From Myxococcota bacterium (lineage in GTDB: Bacteria; Myxococcota_A; Polyangia; Nannocystales; Nannocystaceae), in the NCBI GenBank assembly GCA_039194325.1, contig JBCCWC010000002.1, positions 64,001 to 128,000 of the forward strand: a stretch of DNA of 64,000 bases, read 5' to 3'. Each line of letters begins with the position of its first letter. The stretch's first letter is position 1. The position numbers and the translations under genes were made by a program. Below, piece after piece: positions 9,488-18,429 of the stretch. The notes beneath the pieces were generated by a model. It saw nothing but the letters and a program-made list of their open reading frames with translations, did not search any database and had not been told where the DNA came from.

Positions 9488-10396
9488 GTGGCCGAGCCCA
9501 CCGGTGCCGAGCGCATGCTGGCCCCCGCCACCGAGCGGCTGGGGCGGATGCATCGTGCTCAGGTCCATCGCGATCCCTGGCCGGATTTCTCCGCCTTCGA
9601 TCCGGCACGCTACGAGCCCACCTTGCGTCGGGCCGCGGCCGTGCAATGGGCGGGTCGAGCCCGGGCCGAGCACGGGTCGGTCCACCAGTTTACGATCGTG
9701 GCCCACACGCTGTGCAACGCTCGCGTGCCGCTTCACGTGCTCGGGGCGCTGGCTCGGCTTTGCACCGACGAGGTTCGCCATGCCGAGCTGTGCGCCGAGA
9801 TGGCGCTGGCGTGCTGGCCCGAGGGGACGACTCAGGAGCCCGCCGTGTTCCGCTGGGAGGCCCCCCGCGCCCCGTGGGCCATGCCTCCCACGGGCACGGG
9901 TGATCTGCAGCCGCTGCTGGCGTGGGCGGCGGAGGCGATCCTCGTGTCGTGTTGCATTGGCGAAACACTCTCGCGACCCATGCTGGAGGCCATCGCGGTG
10001 GTCGCCACCGAGCCGCTGGCCGACGCGGTGGCGCGGCAGATCCTCCGTGACGAGCACCTGCATGCGACCTTTGGCTGGGAGACGCTGGGTCTGCTGCTGT
10101 CTCGCCTAGAGCCGGCGGCTCGGGCGAAGTTGGAGCAACGCATGGTGCGGGCTTTTGGAGGGGTCGAGGCAACCACGGCTTGTGGGATTAGGGTCGAGCA
10201 GGTCGCGGGGCAGGCCATCGAGATCCGTCGGGGCGATGCGCCCAACCTGGGCACGTTGAGCGACGAGCAGTACGCGATGATCTTTTTCGCGACCATGGAG
10301 GCCGAGGTCTTGCCCCAGCTCGAGGCGCTGGGTCTCGATGCCTGGGCGGCCTGGAGACAGCGACGGGTCGGTTCGCAGGGTCGAGTTCGAGCCTAG
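9488..10396 (+). CDS. Ferritin-like diiron protein
   Basis: E(AEHGS)...DEVRH...E(GETLS)...DEHLH paired ExxH ligand pattern. Confidence 0.85.
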   Translation: MAEPTGAERMLAPATERLGRMHRAQVHRDPWPDFSAFDPARYEPTLRRAAAVQWAGRARAEHGSVHQFTIVAHTLCNARVPLHVLGALARLCTDEVRHAELCAEMALACWPEGTTQEPAVFRWEAPRAPWAMPPTGTGDLQPLLAWAAEAILVSCCIGETLSRPMLEAIAVVATEPLADAVARQILRDEHLHATFGWETLGLLLSRLEPAARAKLEQRMVRAFGGVEATTACGIRVEQVAGQAIEIRRGDAPNLGTLSDEQYAMIFFATMEAEVLPQLEALGLDAWAAWRQRRVGSQGRVRA

Positions 10397-10649
10397 CTGC
10401 AAGGTCGCCCGTATCGAGCGGATCAAGGTCTTCCGGTCGTAGGGTCCATCCGGACAGTCCGACCGCTAGGCCACAGTCATTGGGGGATCGAGACATCGAA
10501 TTGTCGGTGAAACTCGTGGAGTGATTTCTCTATGACTGCCAGACGGAGGGCTTGCCCTTCGACGATCGGGCGGAGATGATCCATTGTGTGGATGGAAAGA
10601 CGCTCCGGGTCGAGGTAGATCCGCGCGTTGGGTGCAAGACGATCCAATT

Positions 10650-11588
10650 ATGAGCATTCCGAACGCGATGGGTCGCGGAGGTCGAGTCCAGGACGCAGAG
10701 GCAGGCAATTGGGTCGATCGTCGCGCCCCACCCGTGGCTCGGCCCTACCTCCGCTTGATGCGGGCGGATCGGCCCATCGGTGTATGGCTGCTGTTTTGCC
10801 CCTACGCTTGGGCCCTGGCCCTGGCCGCGGAGCCAGCGGCGCTGCCCGATCTGCGGCTGCTCTCGATCTTTGCCCTCACCGCCGCCCTGCTGCGAGGGGC
10901 GGGCTGCACCATCAACGACATCGTCGATCGCAAGCTCGACGCTCGGGTCGAGCGTACGCGAGCGCGGCCGCTACCCAGCGGGCAGGTCAGCGTCGCGCAG
11001 GCCGCTGGCTTTGCGATGGTCTTGATGCTCATCGGGCTGCTCACCATGCTGGCCACCACTCCCCTGGCGTGGCGGCTGACGGTGGTCTCGCTGGTGCCCA
11101 TCGTGGCCTACCCGTTCATGAAGCGGCTGACTTGGTGGCCGCAGGCGTTCTTGGGCTTCACCTTCAACTGGGGGGCGTTGATGGGCTGGGCTGCGGTCCA
11201 CGGGGAGCTGGATGGGCCGGCGTTCCTGCTGTACCTGGGGGGGGCCTCTTGGACCTTCGGCTACGACACGATCTATGCCCACCAGGACAAGCGAGACGAC
11301 GCGCGCATGGGCGTTCGCTCCAGCGCGCTGGCCCTGGGGTCGCGCACCAAGGCCGTGGTGGGGTGGTCGTATGTCCTGGCGGTGGTGTTCATCGTCGCCG
11401 CCGGGCTCGTGGCGGGCGTCGGGCCGTGGCTGTGGATCGTCATGGTGGTGGCGGGGGTGCAGCTGGCCGCCCAAGTGCTCAGGGTCGACCTCGACGATCC
11501 GATTAGCTGTCTGCGCGCGTTCAAGGCCAACCGGAACATCGGGTGGTGGATCTTCGTGGCGCTGGTCTTCGGTCGAACGCTCGTCTGA
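10650..11588 (+). CDS. ubiA: 4-hydroxybenzoate polyprenyltransferase (UbiA/COQ2)
   Basis: RLMRADRPIG, GAGCTINDIVDRKLDARVERTRARPLPSG, YPFMKR, YDTIYAHQDKRDD. Confidence 0.92.
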   Translation: MSIPNAMGRGGRVQDAEAGNWVDRRAPPVARPYLRLMRADRPIGVWLLFCPYAWALALAAEPAALPDLRLLSIFALTAALLRGAGCTINDIVDRKLDARVERTRARPLPSGQVSVAQAAGFAMVLMLIGLLTMLATTPLAWRLTVVSLVPIVAYPFMKRLTWWPQAFLGFTFNWGALMGWAAVHGELDGPAFLLYLGGASWTFGYDTIYAHQDKRDDARMGVRSSALALGSRTKAVVGWSYVLAVVFIVAAGLVAGVGPWLWIVMVVAGVQLAAQVLRVDLDDPISCLRAFKANRNIGWWIFVALVFGRTLV

Positions 11589-11792
11589 CGAGCTCCGCCT
11601 CGGCGTCGTGAGGGCCTCCGGGTTCGGGAACGTCGTCATCGTGGGGCCAGCGCGCCGGTGATCCCGGCCATGCGGCTCGAAGAGGGGGCGGATCCTCGAT
11701 GATCGGGCGGTGCTTTTGTCGTGGCACGAGGGCACCTACCATGCGGCCGCCGCGGTCGGCGTCCTGTCGCCGCGGATCCCCAAGGTGAAGTC

Positions 11793-13442
11793 ATGCGAGC
11801 AATACCGAACCGTCATCTTGCCCTCCACACCCTCGTTGCGCTGTGTTGCGTGCTAGCCCCGACGGGTTGCGACAAGGGCGAGTCCTCGGACGAGAAGGGC
11901 AAGGCCTCCACGCCCAGCGCCGAGGGTGATACCAAGGATGCCGAGCCGAGCGAGGACGCCAAGGGCGCTGGCGCTGAAGGTGGTGAGGCGAAGCTGAGCG
12001 ACAAGGACGCCGAGATCGCGGCGCTCAAGGCGGAGCTCGCCGCGGCTCAGGAGCAGCTAGAGGCGGCCAAGGAGATCGATCCTGAGGCGGCCAAGCAGCT
12101 CGACGAAGCGGTGACCCTCGAGGACGACGTCGCGCACGAAAAGAAGCTCGAGGCCGGGCAAGAGGGCCCGGTCAGCGTGGCCAACGTGTCGTTCGACGAG
12201 AAGAAACCATTGTTCGGCGACGGCGGCCTCCGGTTCGAGCTGGCGGCCGACGTGACCGTCAACGAGAAGAAGGAAGGCGGCGTCTACGCCAAAGCCTCGT
12301 GCCTCGTCGGCGAGGAGGTCTTCGTCAACGTGGGGACGATCAGCAACAACTATGGCGACCTGGGCAAGATGAAAGAGGGGGAGACGCGGCGGCTCCAGAC
12401 CCATCTGTTCAGCAGTGGCCTGCCCGGCAAGCCCACGCGCTGTCAGCTGGCCTTCGACTACGGGGCGCCCGTGTTCTCCACGCGGGTGAGTGATGTCTGC
12501 TGGGACGGCAAGGCGATCGTCGATGGAGCATGCAAGGAGCCGGTCCTGGCGCAGCCGAAGGGGGCGGGCAAGATCGTGCCCTTTACGTTCGCGGTCGCGC
12601 CTCACAAGTCGATCTTCAACGCCAAGCCCGACGACGTGGCGCTCAACGTGAGCTACGGGGCTCGCTTCAATGCGCACATCGAGAAGGCGCCTCACCTGCA
12701 CACCAAGACCGCATGCAAGGTCGGGGATCAGATCTGGGTGGAAGTCTCGCCAGATTTCCCCCATGTCAAGCCCTTCTCCCTGGAGAATGGTGAGGCGGTG
12801 ATGGTGCACCACAACCAGTTCTTCACCAATGCGCTGCCTGGTAATCCCGAGGCGTGCAACATCGAGGTGCTGCTCGACGGCGGCTTGGGTAAGTCCGGCG
12901 AGAAGCTCGCCGAAGTCTGCGCCAAGGCCGGCACGGTCGCGCCCAGCAAGTGCGAGTTTCGCACCGAGCCCCAGGGCTCCCCGGGCCCCGTGGAGTCGGG
13001 GTCGATCTCGATCGATCGGATCGCATTCGAGTGGGGCAACGACTGGAGCGACAAGAGCAAGGTCGTGCTTCGCGTACAGCTGGCGGCGACCGTCCACAAG
13101 GGCATTGCCGAGCGCGTGCAGCTGACGGCCATGGCCAATTGCGACGGCAAGGATGACGAGGAGCACCACATTGGTCCGGATCTCGAGTACATCGGCCCCG
13201 GGGAGACGGTCGGGGTCAATTTCGCGGCCTTCCGCAGTACGCCGCTCGACGCCCCCTCGGGTCGCTGCGAGGTGATCTTTGGTGCCAAGCCGTTCATGGC
13301 GCGCGGTGAAGGGGTCGAGCTCGCCAAGTTCTGCCTCAAGGGCGACAAGGTCACCGCCGGCAAGTGCAAAGGCAAGAAGGGCAAGGCCATCGGCGTGGGC
13401 CAGGAGGTCGTGTTCGCCGGCGGCAAGGCCAACAAGAAGTAG
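11793..13442 (+). CDS. Lipoprotein with coiled coil and three tandem Cys-containing beta-rich domains
   Basis: APTGC lipobox; EIAALKAELAAAQEQLEAA coil; threefold internal repeat. Confidence 0.8.
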   Translation: MRAIPNRHLALHTLVALCCVLAPTGCDKGESSDEKGKASTPSAEGDTKDAEPSEDAKGAGAEGGEAKLSDKDAEIAALKAELAAAQEQLEAAKEIDPEAAKQLDEAVTLEDDVAHEKKLEAGQEGPVSVANVSFDEKKPLFGDGGLRFELAADVTVNEKKEGGVYAKASCLVGEEVFVNVGTISNNYGDLGKMKEGETRRLQTHLFSSGLPGKPTRCQLAFDYGAPVFSTRVSDVCWDGKAIVDGACKEPVLAQPKGAGKIVPFTFAVAPHKSIFNAKPDDVALNVSYGARFNAHIEKAPHLHTKTACKVGDQIWVEVSPDFPHVKPFSLENGEAVMVHHNQFFTNALPGNPEACNIEVLLDGGLGKSGEKLAEVCAKAGTVAPSKCEFRTEPQGSPGPVESGSISIDRIAFEWGNDWSDKSKVVLRVQLAATVHKGIAERVQLTAMANCDGKDDEEHHIGPDLEYIGPGETVGVNFAAFRSTPLDAPSGRCEVIFGAKPFMARGEGVELAKFCLKGDKVTAGKCKGKKGKAIGVGQEVVFAGGKANKK

Positions 13443-13806
13443 CCCTGACCGCCCGGGTGGCCCTGGGTGAATGCGACGTGGTGGCGCCTCACCCGGGTCT
13501 GGTCCGGGTATCCGTGCGTACTCGAGCCATGGATCGAACGGGTCGGATCGGTCTCGGGCACGAGATCAGAGGTTTGGTCACCGTACGATATGCGCAGTGT
13601 GCTCGTAATCGAACGGTTTCGCGCCTCGGACGATCGGTGCATTGTTGGTGATGCTCTGGGCCGCGGTCGACGTCGACGTCGAGACATGGACTCGCTCTTG
13701 GGGGCCCGGGGGTCGCGAATTCCCGACTTTTCCCGAGCGGGGTCCCCTTTTTCCCCGTTCGACGCGTATCCTATGTACGAACCTGAGCGAGCGTCGTCTG
13801 GTGTCC

Positions 13807-14211
13807 ATGTCTTACAGCTACGTGTGTGAGCGACCGTCCCGACGCCGGGTGAATGTACGGATCAGCGGGTTGTTCACCGAAGAGAACATGCCCTCATTGC
13901 GTGAGGAGCTCGAGGCGATCGGACGCGAAGAAGAAGGGAAACCCTTCGATGTGCTGTTCGATTTCACCACCGCCGAGCAGTGCGAGGTGCGAACGAGGCA
14001 CGCGCTGCTCGAGCTTCAGCGGATGCTCAAGCACTTCCCGGGTCGTACCGCCTACGTGGCCGATCGTCCCCAGGTCTGGGGCATTGCGCTGTGGGTGATC
14101 CATCAGGCCGACGACGGTCGAGCTCGAGCGATGGTGCGGGTGGCCCATGCCGAGCGCTGGTTTGCCCAGGACGACGATCAGATCACGACTTGCCCAGGGC
14201 CAGCGCGATGA
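13807..14211 (+). CDS. Hypothetical protein, possible STAS/SpoIIAA-like fold
   Basis: VRISGLFT...DVLFDFT...RTAYVA...AERWF pattern; 3' end overlaps convergent gene by 29 nt. Confidence 0.6.
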   Translation: MSYSYVCERPSRRRVNVRISGLFTEENMPSLREELEAIGREEEGKPFDVLFDFTTAEQCEVRTRHALLELQRMLKHFPGRTAYVADRPQVWGIALWVIHQADDGRARAMVRVAHAERWFAQDDDQITTCPGPAR

Positions 14212-14959
14212 CCAGCACGCTGACCACCAGCAGCAGCACGCCGAAGTAGCGCTTGAGTGTGGCCAGCCGGAGTCGCTGGGCGATCCGTGGCCCGAGCTGG
14301 CCGCCGACGATCACACCCGGGACGGCGAAGGGCAGCACCTGCAGCATCTGCTGGCGGTGGGTCTCGATTGCCGCCAGCATCTGGGCGTCGAGCCGGGATA
14401 GCGAGGCCGTCAAGGCGCAGGCGAAGACCACGAGTACCGAGGTTCCTACCAGGACGTCGGGTGGTGCGGGGTGGCGGCGCATCATGGTGGGCACGAGCAC
14501 GGCACCACAGCCAGTGATCACCAAGCCCTCGAGCAGGCCGCCCGCGGCCGCTGCGAGGCGGATTCGCCCGAGGTCGGTCGTCTCGCAGGTTGGGGGGTCG
14601 TCCGAGGACCGAAGCACGCGGATCCCTCCCGCCCCGGCGATGGCGGCGAAGCCCAGCAGCAGCGGTCGGTCGTTGACGAAGGATGCGGTCACCGAGCCTA
14701 CCAGGGCGGCTGGGACCGCGACTATCAGCAGGCGCCAGGCAAGGTGGCCGTCGATGGTGCCGGCTCGTAGGTTACGGATCACGCCCGAGCTGCTGCCGAA
14801 TACCATGGTGGTCAAGGCCAGCCAGAAGGCCAGTCGGGGGGGCAGCGCGAGCAGCAGCAAGAACAGCGGGAGCCAGAAGTTCGAGCCCGAGATCCCGGCC
14901 GACACGGCAACGGTGGCGATGGCCAGGCCCAGGGGTAGCAGGTACCAAAACTCGAACAT
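14183..14959 (-). CDS. TauE/SafE sulfite exporter family membrane protein
   Basis: AGISGSNFWLP and TGCGAVLVP repeats, VGTS, GVIVGGQLG; multiple TM segments. Confidence 0.85.
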   Translation of the reverse strand: MFEFWYLLPLGLAIATVAVSAGISGSNFWLPLFLLLLALPPRLAFWLALTTMVFGSSSGVIRNLRAGTIDGHLAWRLLIVAVPAALVGSVTASFVNDRPLLLGFAAIAGAGGIRVLRSSDDPPTCETTDLGRIRLAAAAGGLLEGLVITGCGAVLVPTMMRRHPAPPDVLVGTSVLVVFACALTASLSRLDAQMLAAIETHRQQMLQVLPFAVPGVIVGGQLGPRIAQRLRLATLKRYFGVLLLVVSVLVIALALGKS

Positions 14960-15221
14960 GCGTCGAATGGCCGGCACGTCGAGTCGCCGGGGGACTCATC
15001 ATGTCGAGGGACGGAGGTCCGCGTCTACCATTGTGCGCCGATGTTCATGGTGGTGGTTGGCGTTGGTGGTTGGCGTCGTTCAGCTTGGCGCGATACCGCG
15101 CGCGCGCGGGTTCATGGGGCTTGGTCTCGGTCAACGGAACACGGACTCGTCACGACGCATTCATTTCGTCCCGGCCTGGTCTTGTGTGCGCATCGGTCTT
15201 CGCATGCTTGGGCGGCACCAC

Positions 15222-16544
15222 TCAGCGGCTCGCCATCGCCTCGGCGAATGCGCGGTCTTCTTCTTCGACGGTCTGGGCGCTGAAGCGGACGGCGAAGGAG
15301 AACACCGAGCACACGATGACCGCGAGGCCGAGGACCATCAGCCCTTCGCTGTAGGAGAGCGAGTCGCTCTTGAAAAGGAAGCCGGCCGCCACGGCCCCCG
15401 CGTTGCCCCCCGCTCCCACCATGCCGGCCACGCCGCCCAGCGCCTTGCGGTTGATGAAGGGCACCACTCCGAAGGTGGCCCCCTCGGACATCTGCACGAA
15501 GAGGCTGAAGCAGATCAGCATGGCGACGGCGGTCTGCAGCACGTGCATCTGCGAGAACACGACCAGCGCGATGCCCTCGGTCAGCATGCACAAGAACAAG
15601 AAGCGCACCCGGCCACGCAGACCGCCGGTGCGGGCGAAGCGATCCGAGAAGATACCACCCAGCGTGCGGGCGAAGATGTTCATCAGGCCGAACAGGCCCG
15701 CGATCATCCCGGCTGTCTCGAGGTTCAGGCCGAACTCGTCGAAGAAGTAGATCGCCGCGATGTTGTTGATGGTCAGCTCGACGCCGAAGCAGCCCGCGTA
15801 GACGATGAACAGCGCCCAGACTCGGTAGTCCTTGATGGCCTCGGCGAAGCTCTGCCAGCCGCCGGGATCGCTCTTTTGGGCGATGACCCCCTTGCGGCGT
15901 AGCTCGTCGTAGTTGCCGTCGGGGGCGTCCTGGGTCATCAGGTAGTAGGCGATACCGAGCCCGAAGAGGATCACCCCGGGGACCACCATGGCCAGCCGCC
16001 AGCCCATCGACTCGCTCACCCCCAGCGAGACGATGCCCGTGAACACCAGGGGCATCACGATCTGGGTGGTGCCGCCGCCCAGGTTGCCCCAGCCGGCAGT
16101 GGTGGCGTTGGCCGTCCCCACCACGTTGGGCGCAAACATCACGGTGGTGTGGTACTGCGTAATGACGAACGAGGCGCCGATCGCTCCGATGGCGAGCCGG
16201 GCCAGCAGGAAGGTCTCGAAGCTGCTCGACAGCCCCACACCCATCACCGGCAGTGAGCCCAGCAGCAGCAGGCAGGTGTAGGTCTTGCGCGGCCCGTACT
16301 TGTCGCACAGCGGCCCGATGAGCACCCGGATCAGCACCGTGATCGCCACCGAGGCGATGATCGTGCTGCCGATCATCGACTTGTCGAGGTGGAGATCCTC
16401 GCGCACCACGGCCATCAGCGGCGCGATGCCGAACCACCCAAAGAAGCACAGGTGGAACGCGATCCACGACATGTGGAACGTCCTCATCTGCGGTGACTTG
16501 AAATCCAGCAACCGGATCCGGGTGGCCTTGTTGGCGAGCTGCAT
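15222..16544 (-). CDS. narK: Nitrate/nitrite MFS transporter (NarK/NRT2 family)
   Basis: ANATTAGWGNLGGG and GMVGAGGNAG nitrate signatures; FGVELT; GGAGG RBS upstream of ATG 16544. Confidence 0.92.
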   Translation of the reverse strand: MQLANKATRIRLLDFKSPQMRTFHMSWIAFHLCFFGWFGIAPLMAVVREDLHLDKSMIGSTIIASVAITVLIRVLIGPLCDKYGPRKTYTCLLLLGSLPVMGVGLSSSFETFLLARLAIGAIGASFVITQYHTTVMFAPNVVGTANATTAGWGNLGGGTTQIVMPLVFTGIVSLGVSESMGWRLAMVVPGVILFGLGIAYYLMTQDAPDGNYDELRRKGVIAQKSDPGGWQSFAEAIKDYRVWALFIVYAGCFGVELTINNIAAIYFFDEFGLNLETAGMIAGLFGLMNIFARTLGGIFSDRFARTGGLRGRVRFLFLCMLTEGIALVVFSQMHVLQTAVAMLICFSLFVQMSEGATFGVVPFINRKALGGVAGMVGAGGNAGAVAAGFLFKSDSLSYSEGLMVLGLAVIVCSVFSFAVRFSAQTVEEEDRAFAEAMASR

Positions 16545-16744
16545 CCGAGACCTCCACCAGCAGCGACCGTCCTCGTCTATCGTGGCGCCGCGCGGGGGCA
16601 TTGTCGCTCGATTCGCCGCGGCTGCAAAACCTCGTTCTCCGGGCTCGGGCCCGGTTTGGCCACCAGGGTGGGCCTGGCCACTGCCCGGTCGGACCGCGAC
16701 GAGCGGATCGATCCGATCGCCGGTCGAAGGTGGGACGGTCTGGT

Positions 16745-16799
16745 AACCTACAGATAACCTACAGAGAACCTGCAGATAATCTACAGAGAACCTGCAGAT
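16745..16799. repeat. Five 11-bp direct repeats AA(C/T)CT(A/G)CAGA(T/G)
   Basis: AACCTACAGAT AACCTACAGAG AACCTGCAGAT AATCTACAGAG AACCTGCAGAT. Confidence 0.95.
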
Positions 16800-16832
16800 G
16801 GGTTCGTGGACACGACGGGCCGAGGGGGGGCG

Positions 16833-17207
16833 CTACACACCCAGCCGCTCGCGCACCGTTTGGACCACGGCTGCGTCGTCGTCGAGCCCTTCGGGGGTTG
16901 CTAGGTCGTCGTCGCCATCACGACACAGCAAGAAGTACTCCACCGCCGCGCGGGCCAGACGCTGGGCGTTGTCGTCGAGCCTGTCCCAGGCGTCGAGCAG
17001 GGCCTCGCAGTCGCGGGCGATCTGGCGACCGAGCTCGAGGGGCGGCCCCCCCTGGGTCGAGGCGCGCTCAATAGCCGCGAGGTAGTGGGGGATCTGCTCG
17101 CGTAGCCCGGTCGGCGAGCGGATCGCGCTTTTTAGCAGGCGAACGAAGCTGGCCCGGGCTTCGGGCGGTAGCTCGGCCACGATGGGGTGCTCGGCATCGC
17201 GGGACAC
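16833..17207 (-). CDS. Hypothetical protein, YkvA/DUF1232-like
   Basis: AAVEYFL...D.DDD....GLDDDAAVV acidic motif. Confidence 0.6.
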   Translation of the reverse strand: MSRDAEHPIVAELPPEARASFVRLLKSAIRSPTGLREQIPHYLAAIERASTQGGPPLELGRQIARDCEALLDAWDRLDDNAQRLARAAVEYFLLCRDGDDDLATPEGLDDDAAVVQTVRERLGV

Positions 17208-17329
17208 TCGGGGATCATACGCCAGCGCGGGGCCACAGGGACGCTCGGGGGCGGGCCGTCACCGGGCTTGCTGGGTGTCGGGCGTGGGCCTAGCAGCTCA
17301 CGCCTACAGCAGCCCCACGCCCCGCAGCC

Positions 17330-18415
17330 CTAGCCGCGCAGCGACGTCCCGCTTTCGGTGTCGAACATGTGCATGTCCGTCACGGCCAGCGCGATCGACT
17401 CTCCTTGCGCCACCGGCTGTGAGCCGGCGAGGCAGGCGATGAAGGGCTGGCCGCCGACCTGCCCGTGCACGTGGGCGTCGGGCCCGAGCGTCTCCACCAG
17501 CTCGGCGTTCAGGGACAGCGAGCCCTGCTCGGAAGGCTCCAGATCGTGCGGTCGGATCCCTAGGCAGACCTCGCGGCCCTCCTCGAGCGGGGGCAAAGAG
17601 ACGCTCGAGGGGACCGGAATGGTCACCCGGTCGTCCCCCGTGCCCACCTCCACCACCGCGCGATCGCCCGACCGACCGACTCTGGCGTGGAGGAAGTTCA
17701 TGGCCGGGCTGCCCACGAAGCCGGCCACGAAGCGGTTTGTCGGGCGCTGATAGATCTCGAGTGGTGCCCCCGCCTGCTGGACCAGGCCACCCTCGAGCAC
17801 GAACAGCTGGTCGGCCAGGGTCATCGCTTCCACCTGGTCGTGGGTGACGTAGACGCTGGTGGCTCCCAGCCGATCGTGGAGCCGCCGGATGTCCACCCGC
17901 ACCTGGTTGCGCAGGGCAGGATCGAGGTTGGACAGGGGCTCGTCGAACAAGAACAGCCGGGAGCGCCGCACGATCGCTCGGCCCATGGCCACCCGCTGGC
18001 GCTGTCCCCCGGACAGCGCGCGGGGGAATCGGTCGAGCAGGCCCTCCAGGCCCAGCATCGCCGCCGCTTCGTCCACCCGCTCGCGGATCACCGCCGGACG
18101 CTCCTTGCGGAGGGTCAAGCCGAACGCCAGGTTGTCTCGTACCGTCATGTGGGGGTAGAGGGCGTACGACTGAAACACCATCGCGATGTCGCGGTCGCGA
18201 GGCGGCAGGGCGGTCACGTCCCGCTCGCCGAAGCGGATCGTCCCGGTGGTGACCTCTTCGAGCCCGGCGATGAGTCGCAGCAGGGTGGACTTGCCGCAGC
18301 CGCTGGGGCCCACCAGCACCGCGAAGGAGCCCGAGGTGATGTTGGCCTCGATGTCGCGCAGCACCTGGGTCTGCCCGAAGCGCTTGGAGACTCCACGGAG
18401 GGTGACGCCAACCAT
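17330..18415 (-). CDS. malK: Carbohydrate ABC transporter ATPase (MalK/UgpC family)
   Basis: GPSGCGKST, FQSYALYPHM, LSGGQRQR, FDEPLSNLD, YVTHDQVEAMT, FVGSPAMN. Confidence 0.92.
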   Translation of the reverse strand: MVGVTLRGVSKRFGQTQVLRDIEANITSGSFAVLVGPSGCGKSTLLRLIAGLEEVTTGTIRFGERDVTALPPRDRDIAMVFQSYALYPHMTVRDNLAFGLTLRKERPAVIRERVDEAAAMLGLEGLLDRFPRALSGGQRQRVAMGRAIVRRSRLFLFDEPLSNLDPALRNQVRVDIRRLHDRLGATSVYVTHDQVEAMTLADQLFVLEGGLVQQAGAPLEIYQRPTNRFVAGFVGSPAMNFLHARVGRSGDRAVVEVGTGDDRVTIPVPSSVSLPPLEEGREVCLGIRPHDLEPSEQGSLSLNAELVETLGPDAHVHGQVGGQPFIACLAGSQPVAQGESIALAVTDMHMFDTESGTSLRG

Positions 18416-18429
18416 CGACCAGATCCTCG

